Of a DNA stretch of 55,631 nucleotides, positions 9,426 to 18,288 are shown in pieces. Location of the stretch: positions 1 through 55,631 of the IMG/VR virus record IMGVR_UViG_3300030099_001934; one strand, written 5' to 3'. This DNA comes from a virus. Lineage: Duplodnaviria; Caudoviricetes. A model generated the notes under the pieces. That model saw only the letters and a program-made list of their open reading frames with translations, made no database searches and had not been told where the DNA came from. The position numbers were made by a program, and so were the translations under genes. Numbering within the stretch: position 1 is the first letter of the stretch; every line of letters starts with the position of its first letter.

Positions 9426-11630
9426 TCAAGAGTGTAATAGCGTGTCTGTTGCGACCACACGCATGGCCTTTGGTAGAATCTTCAACGGTGCTTTGATAAC
9501 ACCTTTGTCTTCAGGAACTGGTAATGGTGCTTCTGTGATAAAGAAGTCATCTAACAAGATGTCAATGCTTTCACGACCAGCCGCTGTTCCCGGCTTGGTA
9601 AAAGACAAACGAATCTGATTTGCAGTAGAAGCCTCGTGGTCTACGGCTCTACGAACTTTATGATAGAACACTGGGTCTTCAACAATAATTTCACAGTCCA
9701 TTGAATACTCTGTTTTACCCTCAATAGCGAGAGATGCATTACGAGCACCACCAAATGGGATTTGGTCTGTTTCGCTGTCTGTGATAGCAGCACCGTTGAT
9801 AGTGTAGAACTGCTGAACACCAGTGTTACCTGTGATAGTGAATGAAACAACTTGTCCCAGCGTAATACCTGCGATAGTTACAGTTCCATTATAGAACATG
9901 TATGGCTTCTGTGTGCCTTTCTCAATACCAGTTGCTTTTCTCTCAGCGTCTGTATTATTTTCTTCAAACATACGGTGAGCCTTGTATCTGTCACCTTTTG
10001 TTCCGTTTGAATAATCAGACACAGCAGTGGTTTCAAGACGACCAGTATCTGTATAGCATAGTGCTGAATCAAAGTTTACGCTCAAACGAAGAGCAGCATC
10101 CGTATCGGCTGTTATAGAGAAGTCCTTAACTTTGCATCCCTTGTAGACACGAGTTAATTGCTTAGGGTCTGTAGCGCCACCATCAGTGACATCAGCAACA
10201 GAACCTTCAACATCTCGGCGGCGAATGCTTACCTCCATAGCGAAAGAAGGAACGCTACTACGAGAATATAACAATCGTGTAACACCACGAGTAAGTGCTC
10301 CTGTTGCAGCACGATGAGGGCTACCAGTGTTACCATTTCCGTCAGCATCAAAGCGAATAAACCTCACTGGTGTATTGGCTGGGTGAGGGAAACAAAGTCC
10401 ATCATCAAGCCATACTTTTGTCCCACTGATAGCGGCAATACGGCGTATCTCTTGTGCTTGAGTTTGGTCAAAGAAATCGTCAGCACCAATATTGGCAGCA
10501 CCAAACTCTTTACCGACACCTAAGTTACCTGCACCTTTGTAAGTGATGATGTCTTGCTTGTTGTCTGTAACTGTTACTAAAGTAAAGGTAGCATCACCTC
10601 CACCGCCTGAGATAGTAATAATATCACCAACTGAATAACCATAACCACCGTCTGTGATTGTAACGGAATCAACAGCGCCGAGGCTGTCTGTAGTAGTCAC
10701 AACTAATCCACTACCTGTTCCGCCTGTAGTAGCAACACCAGCAGCACCAGTATATCCGCTACCACCAACTAATGTGTTAAATGTAAGGGCTGCATTTCCA
10801 CCTGTAAATAAAATGTAATCACCAGCGGCTACCGCTGAACTGCCTTGTGTAAAGACTGGAGAGCCGTTTAGAGTGATAAAGGATTCACCAATCTCAGTAG
10901 CGGTGCTAAGTTTTCTATCAGTAGCAATAAGACCATCAAATTGTGTTCCAACCGCAACTGACTCCATACCTAAACAGTAATACAACCAACGAGGATTATG
11001 CATGTTTACTTCAAATGTTCCTCCTTCGTTTAGGAAACGACCCGGCACTTGAATTGCAGTATCACGCCCAAGTCCTACGATGTGGTATCGCTTGAGGTCT
11101 ACCTTTGTTTCAGGTAGAGTAAGAGTAGCAGCAAGACCGAGGAATTGGTCAGTAAGCACACGCTCACTACTGTCGGCTGCTGTAATGTCCCATCCACCCA
11201 TATTTACATCAAAGGTAGGAGTCCCAAATGATTCAATAACAAGACTATCGTTAGTGCTTGAATCAACGCCCGTATCAGTTTTCAAAGCAGGTGTAACAGT
11301 AAGTTGAGTTTTACTTGTAGAATGATTCTTATGTTCCATAATTGTATATGTCCGACCACTATTATGAGAATCATCAGCGGTAAAGTTAGTTCCACCTAAA
11401 ATTGAGATTCTACATCCTACTAACATACCGACTGGATATTGTAAAAGACCACCATTACATGGAGTAGCAGCAGCGCCTCCTGTGAAGTTAATTATACTTG
11501 TATTTGCGTCACTGTCTCTACTTTCGTGAGTGAACTTAAACAACCCTGCGTAGTTGTGTGCTAATTTTAGTGCTGTTTCGTGACCGAATGCAACTTCGGT
11601 TAAATCTCCTTTGTATACTGTAGATGGCAT
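9426..11630 (-). CDS. Major tail tube protein with large inserted domains
   Basis: 734 aa. Tube-like C-terminus (LGQVVSFTITGN...YSMDCEIIV...ITEAPLPVP), position between tail terminator and chaperones, and an internal GGSGY/GGYGY beta module. Confidence 0.65.
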   Translation of the reverse strand: MPSTVYKGDLTEVAFGHETALKLAHNYAGLFKFTHESRDSDANTSIINFTGGAAATPCNGGLLQYPVGMLVGCRISILGGTNFTADDSHNSGRTYTIMEHKNHSTSKTQLTVTPALKTDTGVDSSTNDSLVIESFGTPTFDVNMGGWDITAADSSERVLTDQFLGLAATLTLPETKVDLKRYHIVGLGRDTAIQVPGRFLNEGGTFEVNMHNPRWLYYCLGMESVAVGTQFDGLIATDRKLSTATEIGESFITLNGSPVFTQGSSAVAAGDYILFTGGNAALTFNTLVGGSGYTGAAGVATTGGTGSGLVVTTTDSLGAVDSVTITDGGYGYSVGDIITISGGGGDATFTLVTVTDNKQDIITYKGAGNLGVGKEFGAANIGADDFFDQTQAQEIRRIAAISGTKVWLDDGLCFPHPANTPVRFIRFDADGNGNTGSPHRAATGALTRGVTRLLYSRSSVPSFAMEVSIRRRDVEGSVADVTDGGATDPKQLTRVYKGCKVKDFSITADTDAALRLSVNFDSALCYTDTGRLETTAVSDYSNGTKGDRYKAHRMFEENNTDAERKATGIEKGTQKPYMFYNGTVTIAGITLGQVVSFTITGNTGVQQFYTINGAAITDSETDQIPFGGARNASLAIEGKTEYSMDCEIIVEDPVFYHKVRRAVDHEASTANQIRLSFTKPGTAAGRESIDILLDDFFITEAPLPVPEDKGVIKAPLKILPKAMRVVATDTLLHS

Positions 11631-11641
11631 GTCGGCTCAAC

Positions 11642-12088
11642 TCAAGGCACTAACTCCGCAAAGATAACTACTTCTATCTGAAAGGTCATACGAAATAAAA
11701 CCTTTGACCTATCAGAAAGGTCAGTGCGAGTCTTGTATACCATGCGGTCAAAGTTCACACCATCTCCTTTTCTTACAGTGTGTATGAGGCGGCGTATCTC
11801 GTTTTCCATAGCCTGAAGATGCTTTCTCCCTTTGGATGTGCGAGCGTCTACCGTGATGTTAAGACGGGTTGTAACGAAGTCGTAAAACAACTCAGGTGCT
11901 TCTTCGTTATGTGCAGTCTCGTAACATAAAACATAGTCGTGGCGAGAGAGGTCAATCCTTTTTCCTCGCTCACCAACAGTAGTAGCGATGTCGTCAATAA
12001 TTGGTTTGATATTACCAGTGTTACCACGATTCCAGTCATTGAGGGTGTTGATAACCATGTCAAGAGACTCAGTAAATGTAGCAACCAT
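11642..12088 (-). CDS. Putative tail terminator / tail completion protein
   Basis: 148 aa; size, alpha/beta pattern (RLNITVDART...FRMTFQIEVV) and position just before the tube gene. Confidence 0.55.
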   Translation of the reverse strand: MVATFTESLDMVINTLNDWNRGNTGNIKPIIDDIATTVGERGKRIDLSRHDYVLCYETAHNEEAPELFYDFVTTRLNITVDARTSKGRKHLQAMENEIRRLIHTVRKGDGVNFDRMVYKTRTDLSDRSKVLFRMTFQIEVVIFAELVP

Positions 12089-12092
12089 AGTA

Positions 12093-12434
12093 TCATTCCG
12101 CCTTCATTTTCTTGTATTTTGCTTCGTCAGGAACTAAAAGGCCACCTTGAAACTTCAATTTTCTCTCTTGTAGTAAAGGAGATTCACGCAACATACGCTC
12201 ATCAGCCCTTCTTAATGCAGCAGCAACTGCACCTTGAGGAGCAGGTTTGTTGTTTTGTCGGTAGCCATCTTCAGTTTTCATGATGTTTTCCATCCCTAAT
12301 TCCTGTGCTTCTACCTTTTTACGGTAATTCTCAGGTCTTTGAGTGATAACCATTCGTAGTTCCTCTTGGTATTTTGGGTCTGAAAGTTCAGCCTTTAGCA
12401 TTTCTAAAAACTCATCTTGAGGCCCACTAACCAT
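12093..12434 (-). CDS. Hypothetical protein in the neck region
   Basis: 113-aa ORF packed tightly in the operon, with GAGTGA upstream. Confidence 0.6.
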   Translation of the reverse strand: MVSGPQDEFLEMLKAELSDPKYQEELRMVITQRPENYRKKVEAQELGMENIMKTEDGYRQNNKPAPQGAVAAALRRADERMLRESPLLQERKLKFQGGLLVPDEAKYKKMKAE

Positions 12435-12440
12435 AATACA

Positions 12441-14003
12441 TCACTCAAATACAATAATCTCAATATATCGGGCTAAGATAGAATCAACTTCAGCCCTTAG
12501 TAACTGAATCTTAGAAGTCAAATCCACATTCTGTGTCCCTTCGGGAATCAATACGCTACGGTCATCAGACATTAAGACATCAATCGCTACCATCTTAGTA
12601 GCAGCCTCTTCTATAGCCTTCTCAAGATAACGCTCACCGTAGATGTAAGAACACTTAATCGCATTCCATTCAAAGAAAGGATAGGAGTTGTTGAAGTAGA
12701 TAATTCCCATTTCGTGGTCAAGCCACCAGTCACGCAGCCTTGCATTATCTCCCTTGCTGCTACCACCTTGAAGGTCAATCCTCATAGTGTTTTGAGTAAT
12801 AGTTCCGGTGATGTCACCCAAAGGAGAGCCTGTAACAATAACACACCCTGTAAAAGAAGTGCCAGTTTTACCTGTGTAACTGAACACTGTATCTCCTTTT
12901 ACACAAACTCCAGCACTAACAAATGCATTAGTGCTGTTTACATTAACTGTATCTCCAACAACACTTGTCACAGTTGCTTCGTGAGTTCCTACTTGAGCAA
13001 ACTCAATAGCGCTGTCTGTTGCTACGATAGAACAAGATTCACCACCTTTACCGCCACGCATAGATGTAATCTTCACTTGACCAGTCCCATAATCAGAATT
13101 AGCAGTAGCAAGAAACTCATTGTTCAGCGCTACATTAGCAGTAGAGCCTTCTAATGTGAATGCTGGTGAGAACTCTAATGCTGCTTTATTTACTCTATCT
13201 TCTTTGTTAATGAGGTCAGCAAGATTCTGTGCTGTGGTGGCTGCATCAAAGTCAGCCCTCCACTGGTTAGAGGCTGTTCCTATTGTTAGAGTGGCAGCAG
13301 TTCCGTTTCCGGGTGACACTACAATAGAGCCTGACAAAGCCCTAACATCGCTGGGTAATTTGATACGAGCCTCAGCGCTACAAATCTCACGATAGTCGTC
13401 TCCTTGCCATAGTTCAAGACGAAGGATTTGTTGAATATTCCTAAAAAGCAGGGGTGCAGTTCCCACATAATCAGTATAGTATCGTCTCCTGTATGGCTTG
13501 TAAGTGTCAAAATTAATGTATTCAGCACTTACAAGGTAAGGTCGCCAAGCATTGTGTGTGAGGTTGTCAATCTTATCTTGTGCTTCTTTGATACGAGCCT
13601 CAACAACTGAGCGCTTCATACCACGAGTTTTACCATTGGTAAACGATGCTGTGTTTTGAACATAGGCATTATCGGCTACTTGATAATCAGCAGCAGTAAT
13701 TGTATCAGCAAAATTGAGTTGAACTCCACTGGCACTACTACTTATTGTTGTGATAACACGCTCTATTCCCAAAGGGTCAGCATCGGAGTAAATGAGAATG
13801 GTGTCGCCTGATTCAAAACCTACAGTTCTGTAATCAGCACCTGTAACGAAAACGGCAGTAGTAGTGCTGTCAGCACTAACTAAAACGGCTTCCTGTGGGC
13901 CAATTGAGAGGAAATCAGCAACTTTCTGTGCAGTAGTATAGACAATAGCCGAAGGGTCAAGTGGTCGTGTTTCAGCCTCACCGGGATTGAATACTATCGG
14001 CAT
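12441..14003 (-). CDS. Putative head-tail adaptor with large insertions
   Basis: Adaptor-like segments YTTAQKVADFL, RIKEAQDKIDNLT and IKCSYIYGE...AIEEAATKMVAID. Likely start is ATG 14003 after GGGGGTCA. Confidence 0.65.
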   Translation of the reverse strand: MPIVFNPGEAETRPLDPSAIVYTTAQKVADFLSIGPQEAVLVSADSTTTAVFVTGADYRTVGFESGDTILIYSDADPLGIERVITTISSSASGVQLNFADTITAADYQVADNAYVQNTASFTNGKTRGMKRSVVEARIKEAQDKIDNLTHNAWRPYLVSAEYINFDTYKPYRRRYYTDYVGTAPLLFRNIQQILRLELWQGDDYREICSAEARIKLPSDVRALSGSIVVSPGNGTAATLTIGTASNQWRADFDAATTAQNLADLINKEDRVNKAALEFSPAFTLEGSTANVALNNEFLATANSDYGTGQVKITSMRGGKGGESCSIVATDSAIEFAQVGTHEATVTSVVGDTVNVNSTNAFVSAGVCVKGDTVFSYTGKTGTSFTGCVIVTGSPLGDITGTITQNTMRIDLQGGSSKGDNARLRDWWLDHEMGIIYFNNSYPFFEWNAIKCSYIYGERYLEKAIEEAATKMVAIDVLMSDDRSVLIPEGTQNVDLTSKIQLLRAEVDSILARYIEIIVFE

Positions 14004-14110
14004 TTCTTTTTGACCCCCGTTACAAAACACTTCTTGGTCTTAGCCTCGGCTTCATCAACCTGCTTTGATTTAACATCAAACCATTCATCAAGGAGTTTAC
14101 AACGGGTCAT
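13994..14110 (-). CDS. Small hypothetical protein, 38 aa (not in ORF track)
   Basis: ATGA overlap with the upstream stop. MTRCKLLDEWFDVKSKQVDEAEAKTKKCFVTGVKKKCR fills the gap exactly. Confidence 0.55.
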   Translation of the reverse strand: MTRCKLLDEWFDVKSKQVDEAEAKTKKCFVTGVKKKCR

Positions 14111-14406
14111 GCTCTTGCCTCCTCATCTATAGAAGCAAGATTGTATTCCATTGGCTTACCACAACTACCGCAGTTTTCTCGCCATAGGAAATGAAGCATA
14201 CCACAGTGCTGACAGCGAGTGCCTGAGCCAATATTTAGAACATCACTGGCCTCAAGATTACGCTTACGCTGTTGTGAAGTTATACCCTTGAGTGGGTTTT
14301 CTTCGTCAATTACTTTACCGAGTAGAGTCTGTGCGTCAGAACGGATGCCTTGCTTTTGAAAACGCTCAATGTCCGTTAAATCAATTGCTTGTTCTTTTAG
14401 TGACAT
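14107..14406 (-). CDS. Zinc-ribbon protein
   Basis: CQHC...CGSC motif; SD GAGGAG. Confidence 0.7.
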   Translation of the reverse strand: MSLKEQAIDLTDIERFQKQGIRSDAQTLLGKVIDEENPLKGITSQQRKRNLEASDVLNIGSGTRCQHCGMLHFLWRENCGSCGKPMEYNLASIDEEARA

Positions 14407-14421
14407 ACATACTCCTCACGC

Positions 14422-14595
14422 TCAACTGGTAGTGATAAATATGTAAATGTTACCAAGAATATGATGCGGGTCACAAGATACACAAGTGTGACCTGCAATA
14501 GCGTTGCTAATTGCTGTTTCTATCAATCCTCTCGCTGTATCATCATTGAAATCCTTTGGAGGGAAAGGGCCAAGAATAGATACCGTTTGTCCCAT
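14422..14595 (-). CDS. Small hypothetical protein, 57 aa (not in ORF track)
   Basis: GGTGA-TTAA-ATG start; MGQTVSILGPFPPKDFNDDTARGLIETAISNAIAGHTCVSCDPHHILGNIYIFITTS. Confidence 0.65.
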   Translation of the reverse strand: MGQTVSILGPFPPKDFNDDTARGLIETAISNAIAGHTCVSCDPHHILGNIYIFITTS

Positions 14596-14608
14596 TTAAT
14601 CACCGCCC

Positions 14609-14836
14609 TCAAGAACGGCGACCAATTGCGACAAAGGTGCAAGCAGCACCAACTTCTAAATTAGTGCCGCTAATACCGTGAGTTACAGTAGCAGCACTAC
14701 CAATAGCGTTTACCATAGCACCATCAATTGATGCTAACAAACTACTAAGGTCTACGGTTTCGCCACCTGATGTGCTACCTGTTACAATCATTCTGTCTCC
14801 AAAGTAAGTCGGTCTTGGGTCTATAGTTACTGCCAT
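14609..14836 (-). CDS. Small virion protein, possibly head decoration
   Basis: 75 aa, beta-rich; shares the GGAGATGAAnnnATATGGCA initiation region with the major capsid gene. Confidence 0.55.
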   Translation of the reverse strand: MAVTIDPRPTYFGDRMIVTGSTSGGETVDLSSLLASIDGAMVNAIGSAATVTHGISGTNLEVGAACTFVAIGRRS

Positions 14837-14838
14837 AT

Positions 14839-15219
14839 TTATTCATCTCCTGTTTGAGTTTCTTCTTCAAGACTCTCTTTAACAAGAGCCTCAGTTTCTT
14901 CTACACCTTCGGGACTCATTACAGTCTCCACAAGTGAAAGAAGAGTAGTTTTAGTTGCATAGCCTTTAGGCTTGATGTCATACTTAGCGAGCCACTTTGC
15001 GATGTCAGCACGACTCCAGCCCGAATCAGGGACTCCATCGTTACCTACATCTACAGTTTTTTCGTAGCCTTCAATTTTGTAATCATCACCAAGTCTACTT
15101 GCATATCGGTCTAACCAAGCAGTAGTGACCTCACGAGACTGACCTCTAATGAAATCAGGGTGTGTAGGGTCAATATTTCTTGTAGACCAAGAGCGACCAG
15201 TGTATGTTACTGTAGGCAC
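14839..15219 (-). CDS. HeH/LEM-like domain protein
   Basis: WSRADIAKWLAKYDIKPKGYATKTTLLSLV helix-extension-helix pattern; GTG start after GAGGTG. Confidence 0.6.
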   Translation of the reverse strand: MPTVTYTGRSWSTRNIDPTHPDFIRGQSREVTTAWLDRYASRLGDDYKIEGYEKTVDVGNDGVPDSGWSRADIAKWLAKYDIKPKGYATKTTLLSLVETVMSPEGVEETEALVKESLEEETQTGDE

Positions 15220-15229
15220 TCAAAGCACC

Positions 15230-15616
15230 TCAGTTATACATTACAAGTAGGCTGTGTGCTTCGGCTGCTCCAGTGATGGTAATAGTCTTACTAACTACTG
15301 CAATTTTCAAAGCCGCTTGTGAGCCGCCTGTTTGGTTTCCTGTAGCCAGTAGAATGCTTGTTACTCCTCCAGCAAGAACTACAGTCCCTGCTCCAGCAGT
15401 AGTGATTAGAGCCATCTTAGGTGCTGGTGCGTAACCGTTTGTTGCATCTCCTGAAGTGCTGTCGTCACCATTCAAAGGCTTAAATGATTCAAGGTTACCG
15501 GGGTATGTGCTACCACGATTTAAGTAATCAGTTGTGTCATGTGACCCTGCTCTCAATTCCCAAGCGCCTACCAAAGTAGGGGTTGCTGTTCCGCTTACTG
15601 TTAATTCTGTTGCCAT
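15230..15616 (-). CDS. Putative capsid decoration / minor capsid protein
   Basis: 128 aa, A/G/T-rich, directly after the major capsid gene and with the same initiation region. Confidence 0.55.
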   Translation of the reverse strand: MATELTVSGTATPTLVGAWELRAGSHDTTDYLNRGSTYPGNLESFKPLNGDDSTSGDATNGYAPAPKMALITTAGAGTVVLAGGVTSILLATGNQTGGSQAALKIAVVSKTITITGAAEAHSLLVMYN

Positions 15617-15653
15617 ATCAATTCATCTCCATATTTTTTTTATTTTTTTGTCC

Positions 15654-16826
15654 TCACTTCAAGTCACGAATACTTGCTTGTGCTCCAAAGAAAGTTGTCC
15701 ATACTTCACCCATTGTTCGGTAAAGTCCCTCTTGACCGAGGCGGTTGATTGCGAATGGGTCACCAGTCTCAATTCCACTCTCAAAGTATTGTGTAGGAAT
15801 CGCTGTGCTGAAATACATGTAGTCAGTGTCCAATAGATACATACGGCTTAGACCATCTTTTACCATGTCTTTGGTAGGGATGATTGGAACACCGTTGTAG
15901 GTTGCTACAATGAAACCTGCTTCAATACCCGGAACACCCTTAACACCGTTGTAGGTAGGGGTGACTCTCTTCTCCTCCATGAAACGCTGTTGCGCTTGTA
16001 GAAGTTGTTGTAGTCTCATTAGAGTGTCATATCCAGTTAGGATAACCTTTGGATTACCACCACGCTCCCAAACTTGCTGGAAGATTGTATCAAGGTGGTC
16101 AAGTGACAATACACGGCGGCTTGCATCGGCTGCGTCAGCAGCACAGTTTACTTCAGCATGTGACCAAGCGTTTTCACTTCGGTCAATACTGTAGATGTCC
16201 AAGTCAGAAGCCAAATCAGCGTGGTCGTTAGAGTTTTGTTCAGTTCTTAGACCAGTAGAAGAACCGCTACCACCATCAGCAGCAGTAATTCTGTCAAGTG
16301 ATTCAAAGTTGTTACCTGCGGTTGCGTCAGTGTCTTGTAGTAGCATCTTGTTTACCATTTCAGCGTGGTGCTTACCCATTTCTTCTTTGAGAACTGAGCG
16401 CATGTCACCAAGTCCGTCATCTTTGTCAGCAAGGAATACTGCAACTTCGCTTACATCGAAGGAGTGAGCGATAGTTTTTGGTTTTGCAGCAACATGCTGG
16501 AAAGTTGGCTTAACAGTTTCAGGCAGTGTGCCGTTCTCTGCAATACCACCATGAACTACACCAGCGTTTGGCTTGTCGGTAATGACTCTCCATCCACTGC
16601 GCTCCCACGGCTTCTTAGGTAGAATTGAAAATGCGTTGAACTCTTGGTTCAACTGTGACCAAACTTTGCGCCCGTAGATTGCTTGGTATGTTCCAGCAGT
16701 AGTGCTTAGCATTGGTGCATCCGATTTTAGAAGTTCACTACCAGTGTATGTGTAACCCATTGAGTTACCTGCTCCGTAGTAGTATCGCTCCATGTCGCTG
16801 ACTGTTCTTACATAATTTCGTGCCAT
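15654..16826 (-). CDS. Major capsid protein, HK97 fold
   Basis: 390 aa after the prohead protease. HK97-like segments GGIAENGTLPET, LKEEMGKHHAEMVNKMLL and VATYNGVPIIPT. Confidence 0.9.
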   Translation of the reverse strand: MARNYVRTVSDMERYYYGAGNSMGYTYTGSELLKSDAPMLSTTAGTYQAIYGRKVWSQLNQEFNAFSILPKKPWERSGWRVITDKPNAGVVHGGIAENGTLPETVKPTFQHVAAKPKTIAHSFDVSEVAVFLADKDDGLGDMRSVLKEEMGKHHAEMVNKMLLQDTDATAGNNFESLDRITAADGGSGSSTGLRTEQNSNDHADLASDLDIYSIDRSENAWSHAEVNCAADAADASRRVLSLDHLDTIFQQVWERGGNPKVILTGYDTLMRLQQLLQAQQRFMEEKRVTPTYNGVKGVPGIEAGFIVATYNGVPIIPTKDMVKDGLSRMYLLDTDYMYFSTAIPTQYFESGIETGDPFAINRLGQEGLYRTMGEVWTTFFGAQASIRDLK

Positions 16827-16849
16827 ATTTTTTCATCTCCATATTTTTT
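16821..16849 (-). promoter_or_regulatory. Conserved translation-initiation region of major head genes (also 15611-15639 and 14831-14850)
   Basis: AAAAAATATGGAGATGAAnnnATATGGCA precedes the capsid and 128-aa genes; GGAGATGAATAAATATGGCA precedes the 75-aa gene. Confidence 0.75.
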
Positions 16850-16864
16850 GTTATTTTGTGAGCC

Positions 16865-17725
16865 TCATTCGCCTCGGTATAGCCCTCCAGCCAGTTGGTG
16901 AACTTCCTCCCAAGACATGTTAGCCAAGTCTTGTGTGCTCGGAACTTCAACTGTAGGTGTAGCGGATTTTGCGATTGTCTCGCCAGCACCGCTGGATAAG
17001 TTGTCAATTCTTTCGTTAAGTGCTCCAAGAGCCTTCATAACTTCATCAAGAGGAGCACGAGCGTCAAAGTTTTGTGCTTGTGCTTTTGCGATTTCTTCAG
17101 CAGTTTCTTGTGCGAATCGGCTTTCAAAGTTTGATTCAAGAGACTTACGGAACTCTTCTTCTTGTTTTGCAGCCTTGAAGACACCGTATGCTTCTTCTAT
17201 TCTGTGTGCGTCAATTCCATGTCCTGTAATAAAGTCAGACTTTGTAACTTCTTTGTTACCGCCACTCATTAGGCCAGCACGATTAAGAGCGTTAGTAGAT
17301 GGGTTGCCTCCTTCTTGAGCACGACCCTTTACTTGTCCAGCAAAGTAATCAGCACCGTCTCCGATTGCTTCAGGAGTAGAGCCAAGATTTGCTTTTGCTA
17401 CAGTATCAAAGTGAGCACGAGCAGCAACAGTGTCTACTCCAGCGGATTTGAGAGTGCTTTCCATCCAGTCAAGATATTCGGATGTAATAACATCAGAGAA
17501 CTCGTCAGACTTCATCTTGTCGTCTTTCTTGTCCTTCTCTTTGTCTTTGTCTTTGTCTTCTTCCATGTAGTTGCCTTTCATCTTGTCGTCTTTCTCAGAC
17601 TCTTCTTTCTTCTTTTTCTGAGCCTCTTTCAATGCTGGAGGTAATTCTCCTTTCTCCATTGAGTCCAGTCGGCCTTCAAGTCGGCTTAATACATCGTTCA
17701 TTTGTTCCATTACTTCATCGGTCAT
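16865..17725 (-). CDS. Putative nested in-frame scaffold protein, 286 aa
   Basis: In-frame ATG at 17725 (MTDEVMEQ) preceded by GGTGA-ACAAA, exactly at the end of the protease domain. Confidence 0.6.
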   Translation of the reverse strand: MTDEVMEQMNDVLSRLEGRLDSMEKGELPPALKEAQKKKKEESEKDDKMKGNYMEEDKDKDKEKDKKDDKMKSDEFSDVITSEYLDWMESTLKSAGVDTVAARAHFDTVAKANLGSTPEAIGDGADYFAGQVKGRAQEGGNPSTNALNRAGLMSGGNKEVTKSDFITGHGIDAHRIEEAYGVFKAAKQEEEFRKSLESNFESRFAQETAEEIAKAQAQNFDARAPLDEVMKALGALNERIDNLSSGAGETIAKSATPTVEVPSTQDLANMSWEEVHQLAGGLYRGE

Positions 17726-18247
17726 TTTGTTCACCTTGTTTTTGTCTTCTTTTAGTATATTGAATGTGGCTTCGGGGTTAATTCCTTTTTCGCATATTGT
17801 TATTTCGTGTAATTCTAATTTTGATATTTCTTGATATGAGCCGTGGGATTTATCGCTTTTGTTTACTCGTTTGAATGCTTGTCCTCCGATGCTGAATCCC
17901 GTTAGGTTTCCTTTTCGGATTTCACTTGCTACTTCTCGTGCCTTCTCAATGTCGTTTCTTAATTTTACTACAACAAACATTCCAGCATCGTCTACTTCGC
18001 TTTTCCACAACCTCCCTTGATTATCTGTATAATTTGAAATTACTTCTCCTACTTGTATATTTGAATGTGCTAATTGGACATTTCTGTATTTTGGGTCTGA
18101 CATGAACTTTTTGAAAGCGTCTTTCAATGCTGACCTTGTAATTAAATCTCCTTGTTTGTCTACTAACTCTACTGAAGCATAACCTGCCACGATGAGGTCA
18201 CTCCCTGCTTTGAGGAGTTCAATGTTTCTACGCTGAGTTCGCAACAC
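16865..18247 (-). CDS. Prohead protease fused to scaffold domain
   Basis: N-terminal HK97/XkdF-type protease motifs VAGYASVELVDKQGD, QLAH, TGFSIGG and EITICEKGINPEA; charged coiled-coil C-terminal two-thirds. Confidence 0.9.
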   Translation of the reverse strand: MLRTQRRNIELLKAGSDLIVAGYASVELVDKQGDLITRSALKDAFKKFMSDPKYRNVQLAHSNIQVGEVISNYTDNQGRLWKSEVDDAGMFVVVKLRNDIEKAREVASEIRKGNLTGFSIGGQAFKRVNKSDKSHGSYQEISKLELHEITICEKGINPEATFNILKEDKNKVNKMTDEVMEQMNDVLSRLEGRLDSMEKGELPPALKEAQKKKKEESEKDDKMKGNYMEEDKDKDKEKDKKDDKMKSDEFSDVITSEYLDWMESTLKSAGVDTVAARAHFDTVAKANLGSTPEAIGDGADYFAGQVKGRAQEGGNPSTNALNRAGLMSGGNKEVTKSDFITGHGIDAHRIEEAYGVFKAAKQEEEFRKSLESNFESRFAQETAEEIAKAQAQNFDARAPLDEVMKALGALNERIDNLSSGAGETIAKSATPTVEVPSTQDLANMSWEEVHQLAGGLYRGE

Positions 18248-18288
18248 ACTAATTCACTCTCTGTTTGTTTACCTATATGAATAAACCG

